Positions 54,368 to 63,914 of a stretch of DNA of 64,000 bases are shown here, one piece after another (the stretch's first letter is position 1; every line of letters begins with the position of its first letter). Both the position numbers and the translations under genes were made by a program. Source of the stretch: a virus; the IMG/VR virus record IMGVR_UViG_3300015242_000020, positions 32,001 through 96,000 of that record. One strand, 5' to 3'. The notes below the pieces were generated by a model. The model was not told the origin of the DNA. It did no database searches and worked only from the letters and a program-made list of their open reading frames with translations.

Positions 54368-55084
54368 CTACACCCTCCACATCTCGGCGCGGACGCTCAG
54401 CAGCCACGCCTGGGCCGCATCATCGTCGGGGTACTCAGGTAGTGGACTGGACAGCCCAAAGTCCCGCTCGGCGGCCCTGAACTCCGGCAACGCCGCGTTG
54501 GGATCGGAGGCCACCGCCCGACCGAAGTCGAAGTACCTCTGCTGGTCGGACACCCGGATGATGAGCTGGCCGGTCTGGTACAGCATGGTGCCCTGATCGA
54601 GCAGCCGCAGCAGGTGTCGGGCGTGCTTTTGGATCCGGGACACCGGGACGTCTGGAAACCGGCCGGAGCGCTGCAGTCGCTCGTACTGCTGACTGGCATA
54701 TCCGAGATAGGCGGAGCGGATCCGGGGTGCCGACAGCAGCTTCTCTCTCATGTCGATCAGCCGCACGCCGGCAGGGGAGAGGGTCTCGTAGCGCTCCAGC
54801 CACAGCAGCTCGACGATCGTGGGGTTGCCCTTCAGCGCGAGCAGCAGATATTTCCGGGCCTCGTGCAGCGTGACATCCGGGGTGTGCTGGACCAGGGTGG
54901 CGTACCGATCGATCGGCAGGTCGAAGCCGTGAAACAAGCTGGTCGGAGCGGCCCAGATGCCGAGCCGATCTGTGTCGGACTCCGGAGTGTCCATGCCGTA
55001 GGCCCTGGAGCCGATGATGCCCGAGAGCAGCACCTGAGATCCGTAAGGCAGCTCGGGGATGGTGGTCTCCTGCTCGTCCGTCAT
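54368..55084 (-). CDS. Pol-beta superfamily nucleotidyltransferase (RlaP-like)
   Basis: GSRAYG.DTPESDTD.LG; LKGNPTIVELL; KHARHLLRLL. Confidence 0.82.
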   Translation of the reverse strand: MTDEQETTIPELPYGSQVLLSGIIGSRAYGMDTPESDTDRLGIWAAPTSLFHGFDLPIDRYATLVQHTPDVTLHEARKYLLLALKGNPTIVELLWLERYETLSPAGVRLIDMREKLLSAPRIRSAYLGYASQQYERLQRSGRFPDVPVSRIQKHARHLLRLLDQGTMLYQTGQLIIRVSDQQRYFDFGRAVASDPNAALPEFRAAERDFGLSSPLPEYPDDDAAQAWLLSVRAEMWRV

Positions 55085-55326
55085 CAGGACACATCCTGGG
55101 TGAATTCGTGGCTCCAGTCCGGGCCGGCCAGCGAGACGGCATCCTCGGGGATGACCGCACCCTCCCAACGATCCGCTGAGCTGTCGTTCGCCATCATGAA
55201 CAGGACCAGAGATTCCAGCATCTCGTCGAGGTTCCCATGCCACCACTCATCGGCCTGGGCCTGCCAGTCAAAGGAGTCGCTGAAGGTGACCTCGCCGATC
55301 ACCTCGTAGGTGTAGACCTTCTGCAT
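55084..55326 (-). CDS. Acidic hypothetical protein
   Basis: Coupled ORF. Confidence 0.5.
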   Translation of the reverse strand: MQKVYTYEVIGEVTFSDSFDWQAQADEWWHGNLDEMLESLVLFMMANDSSADRWEGAVIPEDAVSLAGPDWSHEFTQDVS

Positions 55327-55335
55327 CAGGGATTC

Positions 55336-55788
55336 CTAGCTGTAGTAGGACGCGAGGAACAGCTTGGGCGTCCGGTCATCGGCGTATTCGATCCTGTCGA
55401 GCACGGCGGCGAACTGGTCCAAAGACTCAGCGGACAGCGGGATGAACATGGGTGTCTTGACTGGCTCCGCGTCCCAGTCCACGCATTGCACGTCGCCCAC
55501 GACCAGCAGATAGCCGGGGTAGTCCGCCGAGCAGTAGGGCTCGATCTTCACGAACACGTGAGAGCCGGTGAAGGCTTGCTCGGCCTTCCAGTACTCGTGC
55601 CAGGCTGCTCTATCGGCGACCACCGGGATTCCAGGCTCAGATTCGGTGAAGCCAGCGACATCCAGGATCACCTTTCTCAGGTAGTCCCCCTCGACCTCCT
55701 TGGCCCACTCCTTGCTGAGGCGCCACTCCTTTTCTGCACCACCGAGGTCAACACCCCAGGCCAGCTTGGCGTACGGATCCATTCCCAT
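55336..55788 (-). CDS. Hypothetical protein
   Basis: MGMDPYAKLAWGVDLG; RBS AAAGGAG. Confidence 0.6.
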   Translation of the reverse strand: MGMDPYAKLAWGVDLGGAEKEWRLSKEWAKEVEGDYLRKVILDVAGFTESEPGIPVVADRAAWHEYWKAEQAFTGSHVFVKIEPYCSADYPGYLLVVGDVQCVDWDAEPVKTPMFIPLSAESLDQFAAVLDRIEYADDRTPKLFLASYYS

Positions 55789-55859
55789 GGTCTGCGCTCC
55801 TTTGTGGTTCAAGGGAAAAGCGCCCCGTGGATATCGGCCGGGGCCACGCCGATGATTGC

Positions 55860-56693
55860 CTAGCTCGGGCAGACCGCCGTGACATTGCCGTCAGCGACAC
55901 TCTGGCCGTCATTGCCTGGGTTGATGCCGTCCCGCCACGTCTGAGCCGCACAACCAGCGTTGTACGTCCACAGGTAGGTGGTCAGATTGAAGCTGGCACC
56001 AAATGTGACCCCACTGGTTGGGAAGAATCCCTTCACCCAGTCCGAGGTACCGAACGGAACGCTGGCCCGACTATTCGCAGTGGCCGGAACCAGCGAACCA
56101 TTCGGCGCATTCGAGCTGGCATAGAACTCGACCTTGGCGCCGCCGATGAAAGAGCCGGTCGGGTTACCGGTGATGGTGCCACCGACCGTGGCGTTCGGTG
56201 CTGGCTTTCCATTGATCGCGGTGAAGGTGCCGTTATCCGTCAGAGTCGCGGTGTAGAAGTAGCAGGTCGGCGCTCCACCGCATTTGCTGGATTCCGCAGC
56301 ACCTTGGCGGGTGACATTTACGGTGCGGATCATATTGTCAGTCGCCCAGCCCGAGGTCTCGGCCCAGTTGGTGATTGAGGTCTGTGCGGTGGCAGTCGCG
56401 GGGACGAGCGCATCCGCGCTCTTGTTGTTTCCCTGCTGGCTCCACCAGACCTTGTCGTAATTTGTTGAGCAACCCGGGTAAGTGCTGCTCCCGCCGGTGT
56501 AGACATGGATGCCATTGACCGGCTGATGCGTGGTCTTGTTCAGACAGCTCCAGTACGTCGGATTGGCCGTACTTCCTGTGATGGACTGTGCGGCCGAGAC
56601 CGCATTGACCAGTGCGACGCTGCCTGCCCCCACCGCAGCAAGGACAACCACCCCCGCGATGGCCTTCTTCAGACCGATTGTTTTGAAAATCAC
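55860..56693 (-). CDS. Secreted protein (signal peptide, paired Cys)
   Basis: KK-hydrophobic-AxA signal; T/N/G-rich. Confidence 0.65.
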   Translation of the reverse strand: MIFKTIGLKKAIAGVVVLAAVGAGSVALVNAVSAAQSITGSTANPTYWSCLNKTTHQPVNGIHVYTGGSSTYPGCSTNYDKVWWSQQGNNKSADALVPATATAQTSITNWAETSGWATDNMIRTVNVTRQGAAESSKCGGAPTCYFYTATLTDNGTFTAINGKPAPNATVGGTITGNPTGSFIGGAKVEFYASSNAPNGSLVPATANSRASVPFGTSDWVKGFFPTSGVTFGASFNLTTYLWTYNAGCAAQTWRDGINPGNDGQSVADGNVTAVCPS

Positions 56694-56717
56694 TTGGTGG
56701 TTCCTTTCAGGGTTGGC

Positions 56718-56942
56718 CTAGTCGGTAGGTTTACCGAGCAGGATTCGATCGATCACGCGCTTCCGGATATCGGAGGGAATTCCCTCCAGCTCCATCGCAC
56801 GCTCGGCCATCTTGATCACCATCATCTGGTATTTCTCGATGGCCTCGACAAAAGCATTCTGAGGTGGAGCTTGCGGGTGGTCGGTGGAATGCCGGTCGAT
56901 TATCTGCTGGGCATACATCGACCGCTCGCGCCCCTCAGCCAT
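56718..56942 (-). CDS. Hypothetical protein
   Basis: Coupled ORF. Confidence 0.45.
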   Translation of the reverse strand: MAEGRERSMYAQQIIDRHSTDHPQAPPQNAFVEAIEKYQMMVIKMAERAMELEGIPSDIRKRVIDRILLGKPTD

Positions 56943-57204
56943 GGTCGTCCTGGTAGTGGTTGTCGATCAGGTAGGTGAGCTGGTCACGCAGCAAGACTGC
57001 ATTCTCCAGCGAAAGATGCGCAGCGATATAGGGCGCATTACCGCGCTCGGCCGGCATCACATAGCCGGCGGCGGTGACCCAGATGGCCGGTTCGGTGGCG
57101 AGACTGGATTCGTATGCCTGCACCTCATCTCGACCGTCGATGCTCTTGATCGGATCCAGGCGCTTGAATCCGCGATCGGTAGTCGTAGGGACGATGTCAG
57201 CCAT
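56935..57204 (-). CDS. Conserved small actinophage protein
   Basis: TDRGF...YESSLATEPAIW...AHLS; start revised. Confidence 0.6.
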   Translation of the reverse strand: MADIVPTTTDRGFKRLDPIKSIDGRDEVQAYESSLATEPAIWVTAAGYVMPAERGNAPYIAAHLSLENAVLLRDQLTYLIDNHYQDDHG

Positions 57205-57244
57205 GGGATAGCTCCTGTCCAGATTCATCCGCTAAGGTAACTAC

Positions 57245-57844
57245 ATGTCGAGGCCACCATGTCTCATGGAAGAATGTGATGACCCGTCGGTAGGGCTTGG
57301 TCTCTGTCGATTCCACTGGGGCAGGAACCATCGTTATGGCGACCCTCTGGCTGGTCCTCCGCGTAGGAAACGGCGAGATAACTCGCCGGGACCGTGTGAA
57401 GTCCCCGAGTGCACTAACGATCGATCCAAAGGGACCTATTGCTCCGGCCACTACGCCAGGATTCGGCAGACTGGGGATCTCCGAGCCGGCGTCATGCTCC
57501 GATCCACGAACGCCATGACTCTTGAGGAGCGAATATGGCGCAAGGTCGATAGAAACGGACCTCGGCCGGCTTTTGCTCCGAACCTCGGAAACTGCTGGCT
57601 CTGGACGCCCCGGCCCCGAAGTGCGGGAGGATATGCCCGAGTCCAACCCGGAGACGGAGGACCGGTAATCAGGGTCCATGTGTGGACCTACGAGAGCGTC
57701 TATGGACCTGTCCCTCCCGGTCATGAACTGGATCATCTCTGTCGTATCCGACACTGCGTTCGCCCTACCCACCTTGAAGCGGTGGTGCATCAGGTCAACG
57801 TGAAACGCGGGCGAGCTGGCGAACTGAGGGGGATGAATGTCTAG
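57245..57844 (+). CDS. HNH endonuclease with Cys-rich N-terminal repeats
   Basis: CWLWT...GYAR...VHVW.YE...ELDHLCRIRHCVRPTHLEAV...N; TAAGGT-N6-ATG leaderless promoter. Confidence 0.85.
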   Translation: MSRPPCLMEECDDPSVGLGLCRFHWGRNHRYGDPLAGPPRRKRRDNSPGPCEVPECTNDRSKGTYCSGHYARIRQTGDLRAGVMLRSTNAMTLEERIWRKVDRNGPRPAFAPNLGNCWLWTPRPRSAGGYARVQPGDGGPVIRVHVWTYESVYGPVPPGHELDHLCRIRHCVRPTHLEAVVHQVNVKRGRAGELRGMNV

Positions 57845-58521
57845 CATGACGCCAGCCGCTTAGACATCGTCTGCTTATCGGATGAATCAATCGAGAGGTG
57901 ATACCTCACCAACACATCCACGAATTTGCTGTCATAGAGGCAGGCGTAGTCCTTATTGGGCGGCATCCACTCAGTAGGCCCCTTATCACCTTTGGCCTCA
58001 TTCGAGGGGCCACTGACCGCTCTAAGGTTGATCGGATCGTTTGCGAATCGCTCGCGCTGAGCAGAAGACCAGGATTGAGCACCATGAGTCCAAGCCCAGG
58101 CAAGAGGGACACGGTGGTCTATTTGGACCAGATTGGAGGTCTTGATCCCCCGGGTGAAGTGAATGCTGGTGCCGGTGTAGGGATCGGCCAGCACACCGGA
58201 GAGCACGGTGCAGCGGTTGGTCGCACGCTTGATGTCTTTGAGGTCGCGGGCCAGCACATCGTCGCGGGTGTCGCAGTAGTTCTTATTGACGTCGGCCCAG
58301 GCCGGGCCGAACTGTGCACGGGAGTAACCCGAGATAGAAGTACCTTGCCGAACAGAGACCTTGGCCAGCGCGACGGCTGCTGCGCCCGAGCCGGCATCCG
58401 CCGGTGGGGTCTTCTTGTCGTGCATGCCCTGCACCACCAGGATTGCCACGAAGCCGATCCCGGCGGCCCAGATCCAGCCCCGTAGGGAGCCGACAGAGCG
58501 TTCCGCACCGAAGATAGGCAT
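57841..58521 (-). CDS. Membrane-anchored HNH nuclease (DUF1524-like)
   Basis: GYSRAQFG.AW.D...CDTRDDVL...QIDHRVPL...FANDP.NL.AV...N.AKGD. Confidence 0.82.
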   Translation of the reverse strand: MPIFGAERSVGSLRGWIWAAGIGFVAILVVQGMHDKKTPPADAGSGAAAVALAKVSVRQGTSISGYSRAQFGPAWADVNKNYCDTRDDVLARDLKDIKRATNRCTVLSGVLADPYTGTSIHFTRGIKTSNLVQIDHRVPLAWAWTHGAQSWSSAQRERFANDPINLRAVSGPSNEAKGDKGPTEWMPPNKDYACLYDSKFVDVLVRYHLSIDSSDKQTMSKRLASC

Positions 58522-58560
58522 CAGGGTCTCCAGCTGGTCGGGGGATCAAAGACTGAGCCG

Positions 58561-58589
58561 ACCGTACAAGGTTTCTTAGAACCACGCAA
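58561..58589 (-). promoter_or_regulatory. SigA-like promoter with operator box
   Basis: TTGCGT-N17-TACGGT; CTAAGAAACCTTGT. Confidence 0.65.
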
Positions 58590-58594
58590 CTGGC

Positions 58595-58630
58595 GAGGCC
58601 CCGGACTGAATGGGGCCAGTCCGGGGCCTC
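58595..58630. terminator. GC hairpin
   Basis: 14-bp perfect stem GAGGCCCCGGACTG/CAGTCCGGGGCCTC. Confidence 0.5.
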
Positions 58631-58700
58631 TATGGCGAGAGTCCCTTGGATTCCTCTCGGCCGGGAGTGTGGCACAGCGGCCGAGAAGTCCGCAGTCGAA

Positions 58701-59033
58701 TCAGGTAGAGGCCCGGCGCCGGCCCACACCAGACACGACATGAGGGTGCAGATAGGTGACGTTCAGTTCATTGCGGGCGGCCACCAACGGGGCCGGCGCC
58801 AGCTGGCGCTCATCCAGCAGCTGATCGAGGTGAGTGCGCGCCACATCCATCCGGATCTGGGCATCGGTGATGTCCTCGGTGTTCTCCTCGACCTGCTCCG
58901 CCAGCCGGTGGATCGTCGAGGTCTGCTGAGCGATGATCTTGCTCTGGGCGCGGAACCACGACCAGATACCCCACGTCACGACCACGTAGATCAACAGGAC
59001 GAGGCCGAGGACGAGACGATCGGTGGGACTCAT
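58701..59033 (-). CDS. Membrane-anchored coiled-coil protein
   Basis: N-terminal TM plus heptads. Confidence 0.55.
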   Translation of the reverse strand: MSPTDRLVLGLVLLIYVVVTWGIWSWFRAQSKIIAQQTSTIHRLAEQVEENTEDITDAQIRMDVARTHLDQLLDERQLAPAPLVAARNELNVTYLHPHVVSGVGRRRAST

Positions 59034-59089
59034 GGCTCACCCGCCTCGCTTCATTGGCGACTGACAGTAGCAGGGGTTACCCAGCGCGC

Positions 59090-59326
59090 CTAGGTAGCTC
59101 GACGCCACATCAGCACCGCGAGGGTGAGCCAACCGCACTGATGACCGATATCGAGCAGAGTGTTCTCCCCCAGGATCAACGATTCCACGTTGAGGGCCTG
59201 CACGACCACCACGAGGGAAAAGAAGCCGCGCCAAGACAGCTTGCCGGAGAGCCCCAGGATAGCCGCCATAACCCAGATGGCCGTGGCGGCATCTGCCCAG
59301 ACCGCTTCCATCAGAACCGGGCTCAT
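59090..59326 (-). CDS. Small membrane protein
   Basis: Hydrophobic; coupled. Confidence 0.45.
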   Translation of the reverse strand: MSPVLMEAVWADAATAIWVMAAILGLSGKLSWRGFFSLVVVVQALNVESLILGENTLLDIGHQCGWLTLAVLMWRRAT

Positions 59327-59514
59327 GAGGACTCTAGGAGTCGGATAGAGATCGGCAGCAGCGCCGGATCCTCAGCGGCGTTCTGCCGCCACAAGGCACA
59401 GCAGGACACGCACAGCAGCCGACTGCGCCCGCCGGGACTGACCCACTCGTAGGCTGCGGGCTCATCCGGCACCGGCGGGTCACGGAAGAGGGCGTGGCAG
59501 CAGTCGCAGGGCAT
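59323..59514 (-). CDS. Small Cys-rich protein
   Basis: CDCC...CVSCC. Confidence 0.45.
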   Translation of the reverse strand: MPCDCCHALFRDPPVPDEPAAYEWVSPGGRSRLLCVSCCALWRQNAAEDPALLPISIRLLESS

Positions 59515-59516
59515 CG

Positions 59517-59825
59517 CTAGGCGATCTGGGCGATCAGCTCGGCCCAGGGTCGAAACCTGCAGGAGCCGGAGTGATCGGCGACCCGGCTGCAGACATACTG
59601 CCCAGCCAGCAGGCCGTACTGCTCCAGCGAGGCATCCCGCAAACAGCGCTGGTCGGAACCAGCGGCGGTGGGGTGCTCGTAGGCATCCACTGCATCGATG
59701 AGGGAGTTGTCGATCGGGGTGGTCCAGTCGTGCAGTCCCGCATCGGTCACATCCCCCACCCAGGCCCGTGCCGCTGCGACCACGATCAGCAGCCGCTGCA
59801 TCTCCTTATCGGAGGCCGGGCTCAT
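59517..59825 (-). CDS. Hypothetical protein
   Basis: Start revised to MSPASD (ATGA coupling). Confidence 0.5.
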   Translation of the reverse strand: MSPASDKEMQRLLIVVAAARAWVGDVTDAGLHDWTTPIDNSLIDAVDAYEHPTAAGSDQRCLRDASLEQYGLLAGQYVCSRVADHSGSCRFRPWAELIAQIA

Positions 59826-60088
59826 CGCTCGTAGCGGTGCTTGAGGAAGGCAACCTCGGTGCGGGCGGAGGTGAGGTCTCCGGTGAGGCTGAGGATCTGC
59901 TCGTCGTCGTGGGCGAGCTTCTCCTCCTGGATGTGGATCACGCCGGCAAGCCGACCGATCTCGGTCTGCAGCTTGGCCACGTACTCGGCCGGCTTGAATG
60001 TCTCGGTTCGGGTGAGTGCTGGCTCGTAGTCCGGAGAGAGGATCAGATGTCCTCCGGATTTGCGGGCCAACTCGGTCAGGGGTGACAT
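59822..60088 (-). CDS. Coiled-coil hypothetical protein
   Basis: RBS GAGGAG; promoter 60126-60154. Confidence 0.55.
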   Translation of the reverse strand: MSPLTELARKSGGHLILSPDYEPALTRTETFKPAEYVAKLQTEIGRLAGVIHIQEEKLAHDDEQILSLTGDLTSARTEVAFLKHRYER

Positions 60089-60125
60089 GTGTGCTCCTCG
60101 GGAGCAGTCCAGGGACTAAAGGCTC

Positions 60126-60154
60126 ACGATAGGTCCAAAAATCCCTGGAATCAA
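60126..60154 (-). promoter_or_regulatory. SigA-like promoter with degenerate operator box
   Basis: TTGATT-N17-TATCGT; CCAGGGATTTTTGG. Confidence 0.6.
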
Positions 60155-60195
60155 CTACTCCCTGTAAGAGACTATGGCAGAAACTGTTACCGGAA

Positions 60196-60654
60196 TTATT
60201 GCTGGTCACGGGGATACGGCCTGGGTCGGGGGCGTGCGGGCGCCGGTACGGGAGCCTCTCCCACGATCACCTCACCAGTGGGCAGTGTCGCAGTGAAGCC
60301 CTTGGTGCCGGCATCGAACGCTGCCTGCACCTCTTCCACGGGCTCCTCCGGGCCGCCAGGATCCACGGAGACGACCTGGGAGTCTTCCGGTGACTCCTGA
60401 GATACCACAGTGCTGCTGAACTCGCCTGTGGCCTGCTCAGCGAAGCTCACCATGCGCTCGGGGAGCGGGATACCCAGCTCCTCGTTGACGTGGGCCTCGA
60501 TATCGGCCAGGTCCAGCGAGCACGGCAGTGCGGTGTCCACCTCCCGGAACGGGTTGCCCAGCTCGGCGGTCAACTCCCCGTTGGTCGGGGTGGGATTCCA
60601 GCCGTCGTGACCCAGCTCGGTCTGTTGCTCCTCGGTGGTCTCGGTCGTCGTCAT
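60196..60654 (-). CDS. Acidic hypothetical protein
   Basis: Coupled to the vWA gene. Confidence 0.55.
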   Translation of the reverse strand: MTTTETTEEQQTELGHDGWNPTPTNGELTAELGNPFREVDTALPCSLDLADIEAHVNEELGIPLPERMVSFAEQATGEFSSTVVSQESPEDSQVVSVDPGGPEEPVEEVQAAFDAGTKGFTATLPTGEVIVGEAPVPAPARPRPRPYPRDQQ

Positions 60655-61286
60655 GACTGGTCACCCTTGGCCGCGTCCCGATCGGACTGACTGAAGGCCG
60701 CCTTGCTGCCACCCCGAGTACGAGTGACGTAGTTGGAGACCGACCGCATGGTGCTGGTGACCTGGGCACCGGAGGCGGCATAGGCCATCGCGGAGCCGGC
60801 GTCGATCCCCATGCCCTGCGCGACGTTGAGTGCATCCAGGTTGGCGCCCAGGAAAATGAACTCCCAGCCGTAGTGCTCCCGCTGCTCGGTGACCAGCTTC
60901 TTCACCGCGTCGACCTTCCACTCCTTGCTGGAGTTCTCGTAGCCGTCGGTAAGGATCACCATGATCACCTTGGCTGGCCGGTCATCCTCAGCCAGCGCGG
61001 CCAGGCTGACGCCGACACTGGTGATGGTCTTGCCCACCGCGTCCAGCAGCGCGGTCATGCCGCGCGGGATCAGGGTCAGCGGGGGCACGTCGAAGATCGG
61101 CTTGTTCTCGTACACGATCTCGTACTGGTCGTCGAACTGCGCCAGGGTCACCAGCGCATCACCGGGCTGCTTGCGCTGTTCGGTGATGAAGGTGTCGAAG
61201 CCACCCTCGGTGTCGGTACGGATGCTGGCCATTGAGCCGGAGCGATCCAGCACCGCGACAATGAGCGACTTGTCTTGATCCGTCAT
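60651..61286 (-). CDS. von Willebrand factor A domain protein
   Basis: MIDAS DRSGSM; GMTALLDA; ILTDGYENSS; WEFIFLGAN. Confidence 0.9.
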   Translation of the reverse strand: MTDQDKSLIVAVLDRSGSMASIRTDTEGGFDTFITEQRKQPGDALVTLAQFDDQYEIVYENKPIFDVPPLTLIPRGMTALLDAVGKTITSVGVSLAALAEDDRPAKVIMVILTDGYENSSKEWKVDAVKKLVTEQREHYGWEFIFLGANLDALNVAQGMGIDAGSAMAYAASGAQVTSTMRSVSNYVTRTRGGSKAAFSQSDRDAAKGDQS

Positions 61287-61356
61287 AGAACTATCTCCTA
61301 GTCACAGTGAATGGGATGTGGAGCTGACCCTAGCAGCGTTCTAAGGAACTCTGAAG

Positions 61357-61605
61357 TCAACCCTGAGCGTGGGCCGGCCGGTTACCGGCGGCGTGCCGAC
61401 CATAGTGCTCGACCTGCCACTCCACCTCGGCCTCGGCGACGAAAGCCAGCCACGGAGCGGGCATGTGCTTGGCCCGCAGGTGCCGGGGCAGCAGCTCGGG
61501 GTGGTGCAGCATCCGGTTGACCCGGCGGACTCGCCATGTCGTCCAGGCGGCGATCAGCCACACCACGATGGCGGCGGCGGCAAGGATACTGATCAAGGTG
61601 ATCAT
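61357..61605 (-). CDS. Small membrane protein
   Basis: N-terminal TM. Confidence 0.5.
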   Translation of the reverse strand: MITLISILAAAAIVVWLIAAWTTWRVRRVNRMLHHPELLPRHLRAKHMPAPWLAFVAEAEVEWQVEHYGRHAAGNRPAHAQG

Positions 61606-61811
61606 GGGGTGTTGCTCCTGTCAGGGGAGGCAGCCAAAGATGCGCCGCTGCAGTTACCGGGCAGTATGCGCCTGTGGAACACTAAAGCCCCTCTCCCCGC
61701 GCAGATCGGTTGTCAGGGGCCGCTGCGCGGGGAGAGCTTTATCTGGGGGGGTTGGAAACAGCCGGGGTCGTGGAGCGTCAGGGTCTCCTCGATCCCGGCT
61801 GTGGCTTTTGG

Positions 61812-63914
61812 TTAGGCGCAGTCGGCGTGCACCCACTGACCGTCATCGTCATCGCAGACGATCATGTCGGCGCCGGCCTCAATCTGCTCTCCGCACTCCG
61901 GGCACCAGCCGTCGTACTGAGCCAGTATCGGTTCCATCAGGTCTCCCTCCGATCGTGTAGCGGGCAGCCACCGGTGATGTACCAACCACCCTCACCCCAC
62001 GGCGGAAACCGGCCGTGGTTGTTGTCCAGGACGGCGCAGCGACAGCCCTGCTCGCCGGCCTCACGGCTGCCTGGGTTGGGCGGGTTCGGGAGCGAGGGAG
62101 TTTCCTGGTCCATGGTCACGCACGCTCCTCTCCACGTACCTTGGCGTAGGTGGTGTCGGTGATCTCGATTAGCTTCAGGACGGTATTCAGGGAGGGATGC
62201 TCCCTGCGCTCACCGGAGAGCTTGTGGGTGGCCTGCCAGCGGGTTTCATAGGGCCCCGTGAAGTGCAGGAAGTCCCAGCCCGGGTGCTGCTCGGATAGAG
62301 CCTTCAGCGTCTGATGTACCCACTCGGCGCTGGTGGGCGGAGTTGTCTCTCCAGCCGGGGCAAGGACCTCAAAGCGGGGCTTGCTGGGTGTGCTCATCAG
62401 GGGCTCCAGGGGGTGCATGGGAGGGGGTAGAACCATACTGCTGTGATCAGACACTGTTTGTCAAGAAAGCCTAGAAGGCGGGAAGTCGCTGGCGGTGAGC
62501 CTGAAGCGCTCCCGTAGCCGGCGGGCGGTGTTGATGTCCGCCACCGGTTCAGCCAGCGGGGAGTACAAGGACAGTGGGTCACCCCACCGGATCGCCCACA
62601 GCTTGGTGAACTCTCGTGGTGGATCACGGATCTTGAACACATGGGCCTTGCGGGGTTCGCGCTGGGCGGCCTGATGCACCAACGCGGCCTGCAGCGCACC
62701 GGCATGGGAGTGATACCGGGGGAGACCTCGGTACTGCGCCGCGACCGGTTGAGGATGGCCCAGATGCAGGCAGGCGTGCTTTTCGCAGAAATAGATGTTC
62801 ATGCTCTGATCACGCTGGCGGCGACGGACAGCGAGCGCCTCAGCCACCGTGGCGAAGGGGACCTTCTTGCCACAGTCCATCTCTTAGGCTCCCGGCATTT
62901 CGACCATCGTGCAGAGATGGAGATCGGCGATGTAGCAGAGCAGGCAGTACACCGGGCTGAACCGACCGGTATGACTGTCGCAGTACCGCTCGGTCAGGAC
63001 GTGCTCGTGCACGCAGACCCAAGTCTGCACTGTTAGTCCGGGGGACGGGCAGACCTGGCAGAGGCCAGCACCAGCACGATCGAACCGAACGGTGATGGTG
63101 TGCGGAGACTCGATCGTCATCAGTCCGGCCACTCCATCAGGTAGGCGTCGACCTCAGGGCAGTAGTCGGTGATCCGGTAGACCACCTTGCGCTTCACGGA
63201 TTGCAGGATCAGTGACCAACCGAGGGCCTCCTCCCAGTGCATCACGATGGCGCAGCCGGGCAGGGTGTCCTTGGAGAGGGTGAGGTCCAGCTCGAACGGG
63301 GGCTCGATGTCGCGCAGGTAGGCGGCCATCGTGGAGGACAGTCGAGCATCTAAGAATCGGCAATGCAGCCACGCCTTGGGATCAGCCCGCTGGATCTCGC
63401 CGGTCTCCCAGCTGAGGGTCATCTCTCCGACCTTGCCGGCGCAGGACTCGGTGATGATCGGTACGTCGAAGTACTCCATCAGTGCATCACGATCGCCAGG
63501 AAAAGTACGGCGCCCACGACCACGCACACCGCGAGTACCGCGCCCATGACGAAGCCGATGACGATGTCGGCACGGTCACTGGTGTCTCTCACCGAGCAAC
63601 TCCCGTGCTAGTGCAGCAGTCTGGGGGCCCAGCTGAGCAACAGGAATGCCAAACACCATGAGCAGTTGAACGTCGGCCTCCACAACATCCTGGACGGCCT
63701 GATCCAACCCGTTGGCAGAATCGGGCTCGGGAGGGACTGGCGGCGCCTCGACCTCGGAGTGCTGTGGGCTGGGCACGTCGAACCAGAGCTTGGCCAGTCC
63801 GTAAACCACCGCACTCACGATGAACGCCACGACCAGAGGTATGCCCTCGGCGTTCATGAGCAAGGTGCCAGCGCTCAGCGTCAGAATCCCCAAGACGGTC
63901 TCGAAAGTCGCCAC
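61812..63914 (-). other. Run of small coupled hypothetical genes (61812-61937, 61937-62119, 62116-62454, 62461-62880, 62884-63132, 63120-63527, 63576-63914)
   Basis: Abutting or overlapping minus-strand ORFs, several with CxxC/His motifs. Confidence 0.5.
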
